Shown here: piece by piece, positions 10,774 to 21,418 of the stretch
Layout of the letters: every line of letters begins with the position of its first letter
How positions within the stretch are numbered: position 1 is the first letter of the stretch
Assembly: GCA_963790025.1 (NCBI GenBank)
Contig: CAWBMP010000005.1
Span: 575,224-639,223, forward strand
Direction of reading: 5' to 3'
Origin: Nitrospirota bacterium
GTDB lineage: Bacteria > Nitrospirota > Thermodesulfovibrionia > Thermodesulfovibrionales > Dissulfurispiraceae
Length of the DNA stretch: 64,000 nucleotides
The notes under the pieces: model-generated
What the model saw: only the letters and a program-made list of their open reading frames with translations
Databases searched by the model: none
Told to the model about the DNA's origin: nothing
Translations under genes and position numbers: made by a program

Positions 10774-12108
10774 ATGAGGCGGAAGACGGTTTTTGCGAGA
10801 GCGGCTATTTTGCTTTTTTGCATGGTTATGGTTTCCTGGGTCGGCAGGGGAGAAGCGGCGAAAGTCACGGTTTCCAAGGAGGCTCAGGCGTGTATCGGGT
10901 GTCACAAGACACAATCACCCTCTTTCGTGAGAGACTGGGAAACAAGCAGGCATGCCCAGAAGGGTGTGGACTGTTATACATGCCACAAGGCCGAAAAAAC
11001 AAATCCCGGTGCAATGGAACATAACGGCTTTACAATAGCGGTGCTTGTGACCCCCAATGATTGCTCAAAGTGCCATCCGAAGGAAGTGCAGGAAATGACG
11101 ACGAGCCACCATGCGAAGGCCGGGGATATTCTCGGTTCGCTGGACAACTATCTCGGTGAAGTTGTCGGAGGGCCGGAGGCGGCGGCAATAGGATGCGTGC
11201 AGTGCCACGGGGCAAAAGTAAAGGTGCTTGCCAACGGTAAACTCGATACTAACAGTTGGCCCAATACCGGCATTGGACGGATCAACCCTGACGGCTCAAA
11301 GGGTGCGTGCTCTGCATGCCACACAAGGCATAGTTTTTCTAAGATGCAGGCCAGGGAGCCGGAGGCTTGCGGGAAATGCCATCTTGGCCCGGACCATCCC
11401 CAGAAAGAAGTGTACGAAGAGTCCAAGCATGGGATTCTTTACGCTTATAGCAAGGACAAGCTTAATATGTATAGAGAGAAGTGGGTTGTGGGCAGGGACT
11501 ACACTGCGGCCCCGACATGTGCAACCTGTCATATGAGTGCAACCCCTAACCAGCCGGTCACTCATGATGTAGGCGCTAGGATAAGCTGGACCCTGAGGCC
11601 GCCGGTTTCAAAGAAGCTCGAAAATGCTGATAAGAAACGGGAGAGTATGAAGGATGTCTGCAACAGTTGCCATTCTGCTCCGTTTATTGAAGGCCACTAT
11701 AAACAGTTCGATAATCTTGTCAATATGTACAACGACAAGTTTGCAAAGCCCGCCACAGCAATAAGGCAGGAACTTATAGATAAGGGTAAACTCAAGCCGA
11801 ATGATTTTTCTGCCAAGCTTGAATGGATCTATTTTGAACTCTGGCATCATGAAGGCAGGAGGGCACGTCATGGCGCGGCAATGTCCGGACCTGATTACGC
11901 ATGGTGGCACGGGATATATGATGTTTCAAAGAACTTCTACAGCGAGTTTATGCCCGAGGTCAAGCGGGTCGCCGGTCCGGAACTTTACGACGAGCTCGTG
12001 AAGAAGTATATAGAGCCGAATGTAAGTCATGAGTGGTTTATAAAGGGTATGAGCAAGGAGCAGCTTAAGAAAATACAGGACTACTACAAAGAGAGATACG
12101 GAAAGTAA
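10774..12108 (+). CDS. Periplasmic octaheme cytochrome c, HAO family (probably reductive type)
   Basis: Signal peptide; 8 CxxCH (CIGCH, CYTCH, CSKCH, CVQCH, CSACH, CGKCH, CATCH, CNSCH); CHLGPDHPQ.E.YEESKHG, APTCATCH, GPDYAWWHG. Confidence 0.88.
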   Translation: MRRKTVFARAAILLFCMVMVSWVGRGEAAKVTVSKEAQACIGCHKTQSPSFVRDWETSRHAQKGVDCYTCHKAEKTNPGAMEHNGFTIAVLVTPNDCSKCHPKEVQEMTTSHHAKAGDILGSLDNYLGEVVGGPEAAAIGCVQCHGAKVKVLANGKLDTNSWPNTGIGRINPDGSKGACSACHTRHSFSKMQAREPEACGKCHLGPDHPQKEVYEESKHGILYAYSKDKLNMYREKWVVGRDYTAAPTCATCHMSATPNQPVTHDVGARISWTLRPPVSKKLENADKKRESMKDVCNSCHSAPFIEGHYKQFDNLVNMYNDKFAKPATAIRQELIDKGKLKPNDFSAKLEWIYFELWHHEGRRARHGAAMSGPDYAWWHGIYDVSKNFYSEFMPEVKRVAGPELYDELVKKYIEPNVSHEWFIKGMSKEQLKKIQDYYKERYGK

Positions 12109-12142
12109 GAGCGGTTCCGATGTTGGTTACAAGGAGGCGTCT

Positions 12143-12499
12143 GTGACAAAATTGATATTTTTTATTCTTCTTATATTTGCAATGCCAGTTGCAGTTATCG
12201 CAAAGGAGATAAGGCATATCAAGATTCCTGCGGACAGTGAGTGTGCCGAGTGCCATAGCGCTCAGACACAGGTATGGGAGAACGGAAAGCACGGACTTAT
12301 GGGTGTCAAATGCGTAGTATGCCATGGAGATCCCGGCACAGATTTTGTGGTTAAGGCCGGTATTTACCGCTGCAGGGCATGTCATGCTGAGCAGACGAGC
12401 GATGTCGAGAAGAAGCTTCCTCCTAAAGTACGGGACTGTTTTTTGTGTCACGATGCGCATTCTGTAACGGCCCGGTTTCATATTAAAGGAGGAAAATAA
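12143..12499 (+). CDS. Small periplasmic tetraheme cytochrome c (NapM-like)
   Basis: Signal peptide; CAECH, CVVCH, CRACH, CFLCH; immediately upstream of napA. Confidence 0.8.
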   Translation: MTKLIFFILLIFAMPVAVIAKEIRHIKIPADSECAECHSAQTQVWENGKHGLMGVKCVVCHGDPGTDFVVKAGIYRCRACHAEQTSDVEKKLPPKVRDCFLCHDAHSVTARFHIKGGK

Positions 12500-12500
12500 T

Positions 12501-14810
12501 ATGAATATGACCAGAAGGGAAATGCTCAAATACTCTGCAGCACTTGCCGCGGCGTCTGCTATTGGCCTGGAATTACCGCTCCCTGTCGAAGTAGGCGCTT
12601 CGGTCAATGACGCTAACACATGGGTGAAAGGGGTATGCAGGTATTGCGGTGCGGGATGCGGGGTATATGCAGGTGTTTCAAAAGGCAAGGTAGTTGCGGT
12701 AAAGGGAGATAAGGACAACTGGAACAAGGGATTTCTCTGCCTGAAGGGGAACTTCCTGCCGCCTATTCTGTATGCAAATGACAGGGCGAAGTATCCGCTG
12801 GTGAAAAAGGGGAATCAGTTCATACGGGTGTCATGGAAAGAGGCAATGGATTTAATGGTGGAAAAATTTGCCGATGCCATCAAAAAGAACGGTGTCAATT
12901 CTATTGGATTCTATGGTTCCGGGCAGGCATATACCGAGGAATCATACTTTATGAATAAATTTTTCAAGGGGGGGCTCGGCACAAACTCTATAGACGGCAA
13001 CCCAAGGCTCTGCATGGCTTCCGCTGCTGTCGGGTATGTTTCTACGTTCGGGAAGGACGAGCCGATGGGTTCCTATGATGATATCTACCATGCCGACTGC
13101 TTTTTTATTGTCGGCTCGAATATGGCAGAGGCACATCCCGTTCTTTTCAGACTGGTGAATGAGCGGAAACAGAAGGACAGAAATGTAAAAATCATTATGG
13201 TCGATCCGAGAAAGACGCTCTCTGCGCGGATTGCCGATATGCATATGAATTTTCTTCCCGGCACCGACCTTGCGATCATGCATTCGATGGCGCATGTCAT
13301 AGTCAGGGAAAACCTCTACAATAAAGAATTTGTGAACAATCATGTAGTATTCAAGGCGGTAAAGGATGACAAGCCGGTAAAAGTGACATTTGATGAATAC
13401 GTAAAGTTTCTTGATGAGTACACGCCCGAGATTGCTGAGAAATTGTCCCTTTGCCCGAAAGAAGATGTCATCAGGGCGGCACGGTGGTTTGCGCAATCGA
13501 AGGCTACCATGAGTCTCTGGTGCATGGGTCTCAACCAGAGGACGAGAGGGGTATGGGTGAATAATCTGGTGCATAACCTCCATCTCCTGACAGGCCAGAT
13601 ATGCAGGCCTGGTGCGACATCATTTTCACTGACAGGGCAGCCGAATGCATGCGGCGGAGTCAGGGACGGCGGGCTCCTTAGCCATTTGCTTCCCTACGGG
13701 CGTCTTGTCATCAACGACAAAGACCGGGAGGAGATCGAGAAGTTCTGGGGAGTGCCCAGGGGCAGGATTCAGCCGAAGCCGGGACCCACTGCTGTCGATA
13801 TGTTCAGAGCGTTCAACAAAAAAGAGATCAAGGCGCTCTGGATTGCCTGCACCAATCCCGGACAGAGCCTTCCCAATCTTGCCGATTATAGAAAAGGCAT
13901 GGAAAGTGAAGACACATTCCTTGTCGTATCGGAGGCATACCACCCGACACGGACATCCGAACTTGCCGATCTCGTGCTTCCGGCAGCACTTTGGGTGGAA
14001 AAGGACGGGACCTATGGCCAATCGGAAAGGCGTTACCAGTATCTTGAGAAGGCAGTGGAGCCACCTGCGGAGGCAAGGCCTGATTTGATGGTCATGATAG
14101 AATTTGCGAACAAGCTTTTCAAGGCACTCGGCAGAGAAGATGAGGCAAGACAGTTATTTCGCTTCAAAAACTCGGAAGATGTATGGAATGAAATCAGGCG
14201 GTGCTCGAAAGGCACTGCGTACGATTTCATGGGCATGACCAGGGCGAGGATGAAGCGGGAACATGGGATGCAGTGGCCGTGCCCGACGGAAGACCATCCC
14301 GGCACTGTTCGGCGGTACACTGCAAAATTCGGAGATCCCCTGCTGCACAAATTCGATCCCCAAGCCTCAGATGTCTCATTCTACGGAGCGAAGGCTGACG
14401 GCAACAGGGCCACGATATGGCTCAGGCCGTACAAAGGTCCTGCCGAACCGCCCGATGCCGCGTATCCCTTTGTGCTGACAACAGGAAGGCAGATAGAGCA
14501 TTGGCATACCGGGACTATGACGCTTAAAGTGCCTGAACTGAAGCGTTCAGCGCCTGATGCCTATGTCGAAATCAATCCTCGTGATGCTCAGAAGATCGGT
14601 GTTAAAGCAAGGGACAAGGTAAAAATCACCTCGCGAAGAGGGTCCATAGTGCTTGAAGCTCGGGTTGTGGATGTGCCGAGGGAGGGACTTGTTTTTGTTC
14701 CCATGCATTATCCGGACAAACTTATCAATATTCTTACTACCGATGCATATGATGCCCTTTCAAAACAGCCGGAGTTCAAGATATGTGCGGTCAGGATAGA
14801 AAAGGCATAG
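12501..14810 (+). CDS. napA: Periplasmic nitrate reductase catalytic subunit
   Basis: Tat signal TRREMLK; CRYCGAGC..C [4Fe-4S]; NPRLCMASA Mo ligand; SLTGQPNACG; EHWHTGTMT; KQPEFKICAV. Confidence 0.93.
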   Translation: MNMTRREMLKYSAALAAASAIGLELPLPVEVGASVNDANTWVKGVCRYCGAGCGVYAGVSKGKVVAVKGDKDNWNKGFLCLKGNFLPPILYANDRAKYPLVKKGNQFIRVSWKEAMDLMVEKFADAIKKNGVNSIGFYGSGQAYTEESYFMNKFFKGGLGTNSIDGNPRLCMASAAVGYVSTFGKDEPMGSYDDIYHADCFFIVGSNMAEAHPVLFRLVNERKQKDRNVKIIMVDPRKTLSARIADMHMNFLPGTDLAIMHSMAHVIVRENLYNKEFVNNHVVFKAVKDDKPVKVTFDEYVKFLDEYTPEIAEKLSLCPKEDVIRAARWFAQSKATMSLWCMGLNQRTRGVWVNNLVHNLHLLTGQICRPGATSFSLTGQPNACGGVRDGGLLSHLLPYGRLVINDKDREEIEKFWGVPRGRIQPKPGPTAVDMFRAFNKKEIKALWIACTNPGQSLPNLADYRKGMESEDTFLVVSEAYHPTRTSELADLVLPAALWVEKDGTYGQSERRYQYLEKAVEPPAEARPDLMVMIEFANKLFKALGREDEARQLFRFKNSEDVWNEIRRCSKGTAYDFMGMTRARMKREHGMQWPCPTEDHPGTVRRYTAKFGDPLLHKFDPQASDVSFYGAKADGNRATIWLRPYKGPAEPPDAAYPFVLTTGRQIEHWHTGTMTLKVPELKRSAPDAYVEINPRDAQKIGVKARDKVKITSRRGSIVLEARVVDVPREGLVFVPMHYPDKLINILTTDAYDALSKQPEFKICAVRIEKA

Positions 14811-14819
14811 GAGATTGGC

Positions 14820-15050
14820 ATGGCGGTAGTCAGTGTGGTAGTGGAAGTAGAAGACGGCACCGCCGAAACCGTCTTGAACAGCCTTGCCTTTATCAGCCAG
14901 ATAAGCGTTTACGGCGTAAAGGACAATCAGATCGTTGCCGTAGTAGAAGATGATGATGATTTACTTTCGGTTAATAGGCGCATAGAGTGCATATTCGGGA
15001 TTGATAAGGTAACAGGTGTCTATCCCGTCTACGCTGAAGACGATGTATAG
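14820..15050 (+). CDS. napD: NapD-like chaperone
   Basis: 76 aa, MAVVSVVV..QIVAVVE pattern; position right after napA. Confidence 0.75.
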   Translation: MAVVSVVVEVEDGTAETVLNSLAFISQISVYGVKDNQIVAVVEDDDDLLSVNRRIECIFGIDKVTGVYPVYAEDDV

Positions 15051-15516
15051 AAAACCGCTGAGGCCTCCCGGAGCTCTGAAAGAAATAAGTTTCATTGCGC
15101 AATGCCTCAGGTGCGGGAAATGTGCGCAAGTGTGCCCCTTTCGGTCAATTAAGATTGCCGGAGTCATGGATGGCTTGATACTGATGGGCACTCCCTCGAT
15201 AAAGGCCAGGGAGGTCCCGTGCTATCTTTGCATGAAGTGTCCGCCAGCCTGCCCTTCCGGCGCTCTGAACCCGAACCTGAAGAACAAGCTGGATGTCAGA
15301 ATGGGCATCGCCGTTATACAGAAGAATGCGTGCCTTGCATGGCAGTGGACCCTTTGCCGGAGTTGCTACCAGAATTGCCCGATCTTTGACGAAGCAATAA
15401 AAATGGACACGGAGTTGAGACCTGTAGTGGACGCTGCGAAGTGCGTCGGGTGCGGCATTTGCGAGAACGTGTGCCCTGTCGACCCGGCAGCTATAAAGGT
15501 AAGAACCGGTATATAA
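15043..15516 (+). CDS. napG: NapG/MauM-family ferredoxin
   Basis: LRPPGA..F..CLRCGKCAQVCP; four Fe-S Cys clusters; no obvious Tat leader. Confidence 0.85.
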   Translation: MYRKPLRPPGALKEISFIAQCLRCGKCAQVCPFRSIKIAGVMDGLILMGTPSIKAREVPCYLCMKCPPACPSGALNPNLKNKLDVRMGIAVIQKNACLAWQWTLCRSCYQNCPIFDEAIKMDTELRPVVDAAKCVGCGICENVCPVDPAAIKVRTGI

Positions 15517-15519
15517 CAC

Positions 15520-16317
15520 ATGAAGCTGCGTATATGGCGTAGAATAACTCAGACTGCAGCGGCGCTCATGCTGTTTGCAGTACCGGCTCTTACGATTAGA
15601 GGAATATATGTGATTTCGGGCAGCTTTTATTCCTTAGCAATAGGACCTCTTTCTATCAGCGACCCCCTGTGCGTGCTTCAGGTAATTCTATCCACTCTTT
15701 CTGTCACTGCGACGCTAATACTGTCGATAATGGTTCCTCTGATTATTGCATGCATTTTCGGAAGGGTTTTCTGCAGTTGGGTCTGTCCGCAAAATGCGAT
15801 TTCCGAGCTTTTTGATTTTATCGCCCGCAAAGGAGGAATAAAAAGGGCCTTAGAGGTAAAGCCGACTCCGGTGCCGCGATATATATTGTTGGTTGTTTTG
15901 CTGGCAGCAACCCTATTGGCAGGATTTCCAGTTGCAAGCCTTATTTCTTTGCCGGGAATAATCTCCCTGCAGGCTACCAGGTATATTTATGAGGGTGTCA
16001 TAGGGGCGGAATCGGCGCTGGTCTGTATAGCAATTTTATCGGAATGTTTTCTTGTTAGGCGTGCGTGGTGCAACTTCATATGTCCGGTGGGTGGCCTTCT
16101 GGGAGCGTTCAGATTAAAACGGACCATGAAGGTTGCCTATACCGGAGATGAAAAACACACATGCAGCAGGTGTTTTGAATGCAAAAACGCATGTCAGTTG
16201 GGATTGGACCCTATGGGGGGCGTCATTTATCCGTTATGCCACAACTGCGGCGACTGTATTGCCGCCTGCGAGCGCGCGAACGCACACGGCAGGCCTTTAT
16301 CATTTAAGTTCAGATGA
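15520..16317 (+). CDS. napH: NapH/MauN-family membrane ferredoxin
   Basis: TM helices; GRVFCSWVCP, AWCNFICPVG; C-terminal ferredoxin Cys motifs. Confidence 0.9.
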   Translation: MKLRIWRRITQTAAALMLFAVPALTIRGIYVISGSFYSLAIGPLSISDPLCVLQVILSTLSVTATLILSIMVPLIIACIFGRVFCSWVCPQNAISELFDFIARKGGIKRALEVKPTPVPRYILLVVLLAATLLAGFPVASLISLPGIISLQATRYIYEGVIGAESALVCIAILSECFLVRRAWCNFICPVGGLLGAFRLKRTMKVAYTGDEKHTCSRCFECKNACQLGLDPMGGVIYPLCHNCGDCIAACERANAHGRPLSFKFR

Positions 16318-16348
16318 AAGGGACTCAACGCGCCCTAATCTGGGGGGT

Positions 16349-16470
16349 AGTGGGGCGGTAACGTCCGGCTTACATATCGAGAAATGGCTGCCAGATAATC
16401 TTCAGTACATGCCGGTAATTGGAAATGGAAGACTATTTGATCCAGAGAAAAAAGAAACTGACCCGCTACC
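16349..16470 (+). repeat. Copy D of ~170-bp palindromic element (left arm missing)
   Basis: AGTGGGGCGGTAACG..CATATCGAGAAA..AATCTTCAGTACATGCC..AAGACTATTTGATCCAGAG..CTGACCCGCTACC aligns with the 34893-35061 and 48984-49155 copies. Confidence 0.88.
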
Positions 16471-16555
16471 CCTGTAATGATGCATCACGGTTGTAGTATT
16501 ATATTATGATATAATGCAAAAGGTATGCTGTGTGATGTCATAATACAGGGAGGTA

Positions 16556-17056
16556 ATGATGGCGGATGAACATTCGTTCGATGTTGTATGCGAAGTTGAT
16601 ATGCAGGAAGTAACCAATGCTGTAAGCCAGGCCGCAAAGGAGATCGGGCAGCGGTTTGATTTTAAAGGGAGCAAGAGTAACATAGATTTTGACAAGGGGA
16701 AGGGCATCATTACACTTGCATCCGATGATGAACAGAAGATGAAGAGTGTTATCGATATTCTCCAGACTAAGCTCGTGAAGCGTGCCGTTGCACTAAAGGC
16801 GCTCGCTTACGGCAAGCTGGAACCAGCGGCCGGGAATACCGTCAGGCAGGTAATAACGCTCCAACAGGGCATACCCCAGGAGAAAGCCAAGGAAATAGTT
16901 AAAATCATAAAAGACATGAAGCTCAAGGTGAACTCTGAAATTCAGAAAGACCAGGTCCGGGTGAAAGCCAAAAAAATAGATGATTTGCAGGTTATTATGG
17001 CCCACCTCAAGGAAAAGGACCTTGGTATACATATCCAATTTTCCAATTACCGGTGA
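16556..17056 (+). CDS. yajQ: YajQ-family nucleotide/c-di-GMP-binding protein
   Basis: SFDVVCEVDMQEV.NAV; RFDFKGS; QVRV.AKKIDDLQ; QFSNYR. Confidence 0.95.
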   Translation: MMADEHSFDVVCEVDMQEVTNAVSQAAKEIGQRFDFKGSKSNIDFDKGKGIITLASDDEQKMKSVIDILQTKLVKRAVALKALAYGKLEPAAGNTVRQVITLQQGIPQEKAKEIVKIIKDMKLKVNSEIQKDQVRVKAKKIDDLQVIMAHLKEKDLGIHIQFSNYR

Positions 17057-17063
17057 CGGACTA

Positions 17064-17148
17064 GTAAAAAGTTCATAGGCAAGGCGTCAAGCACTCAACA
17101 CGTTGCTTATGGACAATTTGAGCGCTCGAAAGTACATGAGCTTTTTAC
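17064..17148. repeat. Long imperfect palindrome (REP/MITE-like)
   Basis: GTAAAAAGTTCAT...ATGAGCTTTTTAC outer arms; GCACTCAA/TTGAGCGC inner arms. Confidence 0.6.
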
Positions 17149-17229
17149 GGGGCCGCTCAAAAAAGAACTGGAAAATAGAGACTTACCTCTGTTACAATGA
17201 TAGCCGACTTTTAACGGGGAGATAAATAC

Positions 17230-17964
17230 ATGAAGGGACATACAGCTATAATCACCGGGGCAGGGCGCGGCATTGGCAAAGCGGTTGGCGAAGCGCTGGC
17301 CCGGCATGGCGTGAATATCGTTGTTGTTGACGTTAATCTTGAAATGGCGGAAGAGGCGGCATCCGATCTCGAAAAGTTCGGCATCCGGAGTATAGGATTA
17401 AAGGGGGACGTTTCGAACTCGGCTGAGGTGGGTGGAATTTTCGAACAGGCAGTTAAAGATTTCAGTAAAGTCGAGATACTGGTCAACAATGCGGGCATTA
17501 CAAGAGACGGTCTTTTAATGCGCATGAAGGAAGATGATTGGGACGCTGTAATTGACATTAACCTGAAAGGCACGTTCCTCTGTTCAAAAGAGGCCGTAAA
17601 GGTGATGGCGAAACAGCGATATGGCCGCATCATCAACATTTCGTCCGTAGTGGCATTTATGGGCAATCCCGGGCAGGCCAATTACAGTGCTTCCAAGGCA
17701 GGTATTGTAGGCCTGACAAAAACTATAGCAAGAGAGTATGCGAGCAGAGGAATGACGGTCAATGCTGTTGCCCCCGGCTTTATTGAAACGGCCATGACCG
17801 GTGCGCTGCCGGACAATGTCAGGCAGGAAATGATGAAGGCCATTCCGATAGGGAGGTTTGGTACTGTCACGGATGTGGCCAATGCAGTACTGTTTTTCGC
17901 ATCGCCGGAATCGGGTTACATTACAGGGCAGGTAATCCATGTGAACGGCGGCATGTATATGTAA
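17230..17964 (+). CDS. fabG: 3-oxoacyl-ACP reductase
   Basis: TGAGRGIG, NNAGITRD, NYSASK, VAPGFIET. Confidence 0.97.
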   Translation: MKGHTAIITGAGRGIGKAVGEALARHGVNIVVVDVNLEMAEEAASDLEKFGIRSIGLKGDVSNSAEVGGIFEQAVKDFSKVEILVNNAGITRDGLLMRMKEDDWDAVIDINLKGTFLCSKEAVKVMAKQRYGRIINISSVVAFMGNPGQANYSASKAGIVGLTKTIAREYASRGMTVNAVAPGFIETAMTGALPDNVRQEMMKAIPIGRFGTVTDVANAVLFFASPESGYITGQVIHVNGGMYM

Positions 17965-18066
17965 AAAGCATACAGCGTGCTGAGTTGTGCTTTCAGTGTT
18001 AACAAAAACATTCTTTTTGCAGAACGCAATACGTTGTACGCAGAATCTAAATTTTGGAGGTCAATA

Positions 18067-18297
18067 ATGGTAGACGAAAAAGTAAGAGAAATTATATCAA
18101 AGCAGCTTGGAGTGGACCAGTCGGAAGTGACGTCCGAGGCGTCTTTTGTAGAGGACCTTGGCGCCGATTCGCTTGATACTGTTGAGTTGGTTATGGCGTT
18201 CGAGGAGGCATTCAATATCGAGATACCCGATGAGGATGCCGAGAAAATAGCAAAAGTTAACGATGCAATAGATTATATAAAGAAAAAAGTAGGATGA
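18067..18297 (+). CDS. acpP: Acyl carrier protein
   Basis: [18 protein letters not shown]; start 18067 after GGAGG. Confidence 0.98.
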   Translation: MVDEKVREIISKQLGVDQSEVTSEASFVEDLGADSLDTVELVMAFEEAFNIEIPDEDAEKIAKVNDAIDYIKKKVG

Positions 18298-19544
18298 CAG
18301 AGAAAAGAAGAGTTGTTGTCACCGGCCTAGGTCTGGTTACCCCTATCGGTATCGGCGTTCAGGAAACATGGGACGCAGCGGTAAACGGAAAGTCGGGCAT
18401 AGGGCCGATAACGCAATTTGATGCGTCCTCAATGCCGGTGCGCATTGCCGGGGAGATAAAAGGTTTCGATCCGGCAAACTACATCGAAGCCAAGGAAATA
18501 AAAAAGATGGACCGTTTTATCCATCTTGCCATGGCTGCTGCAACAATGGCTGTTGAGGATTCCGGTTTCAAGATTACCGGTGAAAATGCGGAAAGAGTAG
18601 GAGTAGTGATAGGTTCCGGCATGGGAGGACTTCCTGCCATCGAGCATTATCATAAGGCATTTTTGGAAAAGGGGTATAGACGGATCTCTCCGTTTTTTAT
18701 TCCCATGCTCATCATCAACCTTGCCTCCGGTTCTGTCTCCATTAAATTTGGTGCAAAGGGGCCTAACTCTGCTGTGGTAACGGCTTGTGCCACCGGCAGC
18801 CATTCCATAGGTGACGCCTTCAAAATAATCCAGCGGGGTGACGCGGATGCGATGATTGCAGGGGGGACTGAATCGGTAATCACAGCGCTTGGTATAGGAG
18901 GGTTTGCGGTTATGAAGACGCTTTCAACCCGGAATGATGAACCTGAAAAGGCCAGCAGGCCTTTTGATAGCGATAGAGATGGCTTTGTCATGGGAGAGGG
19001 CGCCGGGATAGTATTTATCGAGAGTCTTGAAAGTGCCCTTGCAAGGAATGCGAAAATTCACGCCGAAATTATAGGTTACGGCATGTCCAGTGATGCCTAT
19101 CACATCACCACACCAGCTCCCGATGGCGAAGGTGCTGCGCGATGCATGAACGCCGCATTAAAAGATGGCGGCCTTGCGCCTGAAAAGATCGATTATATCA
19201 ATGCTCATGGCACTTCGACAAAATACGGAGATGAACTCGAAACTACGGCAATAAAGACTGTATTTGGAGAACATGCGTACAAATTGTGCGTTAGTTCTAC
19301 GAAGTCTATGGTGGGACATCTTTTGGGAGCCGCAGGCGGGGTGGAGGCTATACTTTCTATTCTCAGTATCTGTCACGGCAAAGTACTTCCGACGATTAAC
19401 CTGGATACCCCTGACCCTGAATGTGATCTCGATTTTGTCCCCAAAACGGCAAAACAGGTTGATGTAACGTTTGCACTATCTAATTCTTTCGGTTTTGGGG
19501 GAACAAATGCCTGTCTTATCTTCGGGAAATATCCACGGAATTGA
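18294..19544 (+). CDS. fabF: Beta-ketoacyl-ACP synthase II
   Basis: [36 protein letters not shown]. Confidence 0.98.
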   Translation: MTEKRRVVVTGLGLVTPIGIGVQETWDAAVNGKSGIGPITQFDASSMPVRIAGEIKGFDPANYIEAKEIKKMDRFIHLAMAAATMAVEDSGFKITGENAERVGVVIGSGMGGLPAIEHYHKAFLEKGYRRISPFFIPMLIINLASGSVSIKFGAKGPNSAVVTACATGSHSIGDAFKIIQRGDADAMIAGGTESVITALGIGGFAVMKTLSTRNDEPEKASRPFDSDRDGFVMGEGAGIVFIESLESALARNAKIHAEIIGYGMSSDAYHITTPAPDGEGAARCMNAALKDGGLAPEKIDYINAHGTSTKYGDELETTAIKTVFGEHAYKLCVSSTKSMVGHLLGAAGGVEAILSILSICHGKVLPTINLDTPDPECDLDFVPKTAKQVDVTFALSNSFGFGGTNACLIFGKYPRN

Positions 19545-20214
19545 AGCTTCTCTTGGGTATACGTTTAAAAACAAGTCTATTCTTGCCACAGCCCTTACCC
19601 ATAAATCATATCAGCATGAAAATGTCAGCGCCGTCAAGAACCACAATGAGCGGATGGAATTTCTTGGCGATTCGGTGCTCGGTCTTATCATAGCCGAGGC
19701 CCTGTTTATCCTGAAAGAGCCTCTTTCCGAAGCCGGGATGTCAAAAATAAAATCCCATCTTGTGAAAGAGCTGGTACTTTTTGAAATGGCCTCAAAGCTA
19801 TCGCTCGGAGATTATCTGAGCCTTGGAAAAGGGGAGGAATCTACCGGGGGGCGTCAAAAGAGGTCAGTTCTGTCCAATGCATTTGAAGCCCTTGTCGGCG
19901 CTGTTTTTCTGGATAGCGATTATGCAACTGCCAGAGAGGTGGTGCTAAGGCTTTTTAACGAAAGGATAGAACGCGCTATTCTTAAAAAAGAGGCCTACGA
20001 TTTCAAAAGTGATCTTCAGGAGAAGGTCCAGAGCGCTTTAGGTACACTTCCCGAGTACCGGATAGTGAAGCAAGAGGGTGAGGAACACAAAAAAATATTC
20101 ACTACCGAGGTATATATGCACGGGAAGCTGTTCGGAAGCGGCACCGGCAAGAGCAAGAAGGAATCCCAGATGGCAGCAGCAAAAGAAGCTCTGGCAAAAT
20201 TAGAGCGTGAATAA
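19507..20214 (+). CDS. rnc: Ribonuclease III
   Basis: [13 protein letters not shown] signature; dsRBD with [12 protein letters not shown]. Confidence 0.97.
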   Translation: MPVLSSGNIHGIEASLGYTFKNKSILATALTHKSYQHENVSAVKNHNERMEFLGDSVLGLIIAEALFILKEPLSEAGMSKIKSHLVKELVLFEMASKLSLGDYLSLGKGEESTGGRQKRSVLSNAFEALVGAVFLDSDYATAREVVLRLFNERIERAILKKEAYDFKSDLQEKVQSALGTLPEYRIVKQEGEEHKKIFTTEVYMHGKLFGSGTGKSKKESQMAAAKEALAKLERE

Positions 20215-21418
20215 AAAAATAGTCTCCTGGTGCCTGTTTGATTTTGCCGGTGCCAGTTATTCCGCTATTATTCTCGCGGTCATATTTCCTGTTTACTACA
20301 CGAACTTTATTGTCGGCAATGCGTCCGGCCAGGGGGATGTCTGGTGGGGAAGGGCCATATCGATAAGTATGGCTATTGTTGCACTCAGTTCCCCTTTTCT
20401 GGGTGGCATTGCTGATCACGCAAAAATACGAAAAAAGCTCCTTATGGCTTACACTTTTCTGTGCGTCACCTCTGTTGCGTCACTTTATTTCTTGCGGAAA
20501 GGAATGGCGGTGGAGGGATTCATGCTCATCATGCTTGGGAATGTGGGCCAGGAGGGGGGCCTTGTTTTTTATAATTCATTTCTTCCTGAAATTGCTGAAC
20601 CCGGTCACCAGGGCAGGCTTTCGTCCTGGGGTTATGCAACAGGATATGCCGGTTCGATATCCTCGCTTCTGCTTGCGCTGTTGCTGATAGACAAAGGGTT
20701 TCTTACTGCTGCATGGCCCATGTCGGCACTTTTTTTTGCGCTGTTTTCTCTGCCTGCTTTTCTGTTCCTTCCTCATGATAAAAAATCAGCGCTGGGAGTG
20801 CCTGCGGCCGCTAGGGAAGGCCTGCGGCATTCGCTAGCCGCATTAAAGAAGATATGGGCGAACGGTGAGCAAAGGAAACTTCTGATTGCTTATCTCATTT
20901 ACGCGGACGGTGTGAATACGGTTATTGTGTTCGCAAGCATTTTTGCTGCGACAACGCTTCACTTTGCTTCCCGGGAATTGGTCCTGATGTTCCTTACAGT
21001 ACAGTTTATGGCACTGGCAGGGGCGTTTCTATTGGCCAAACCTACGGATGTATGGGGCCCCAAAAAAGTGGTAGTGCTCTCTTTATATTTGTGGACAATG
21101 GTATCGGTGGCAGTATTTTTTGTTACGACAAAGACATATTTCTTCATTATTGCCTCGGCTGCGGGCTTAGGGCTTGGCACGGTCCAGGCAGCGACAAGGG
21201 CATTCTATGCCCAGTTCATTCCCGATGGCCGGGAAGCCGAATATTTCGGCGTCTACGCCCTGATGGGCCGGGCATCTGCCATTGCCGGCCCTCTCCTTTT
21301 CGGTTATATGTCGTTCAAATTCGGCAGCCAGAGACCGGCGGTGCTTTCCGTAGGGGCCTTTTTTATTGTCGGGCTTTTAATAGTCAGGACAGTAAAAGGC
21401 GGCGGGCCTAACGTATAA
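20207..21418 (+). CDS. MFS transporter (UMF1/Atg22-like)
   Basis: SWCLFDFA, SPFLGGIAD, FYNSFLP, EAEYFG; ~12 TM. Confidence 0.88.
   Translation: MNKKIVSWCLFDFAGASYSAIILAVIFPVYYTNFIVGNASGQGDVWWGRAISISMAIVALSSPFLGGIADHAKIRKKLLMAYTFLCVTSVASLYFLRKGMAVEGFMLIMLGNVGQEGGLVFYNSFLPEIAEPGHQGRLSSWGYATGYAGSISSLLLALLLIDKGFLTAAWPMSALFFALFSLPAFLFLPHDKKSALGVPAAAREGLRHSLAALKKIWANGEQRKLLIAYLIYADGVNTVIVFASIFAATTLHFASRELVLMFLTVQFMALAGAFLLAKPTDVWGPKKVVVLSLYLWTMVSVAVFFVTTKTYFFIIASAAGLGLGTVQAATRAFYAQFIPDGREAEYFGVYALMGRASAIAGPLLFGYMSFKFGSQRPAVLSVGAFFIVGLLIVRTVKGGGPNV

Noticed and set aside
12143..12499. Calling the small cytochrome NapB or NapC
   Set aside because: NapB is diheme; NapC is a larger membrane-anchored tetraheme; this is a 118-aa soluble tetraheme
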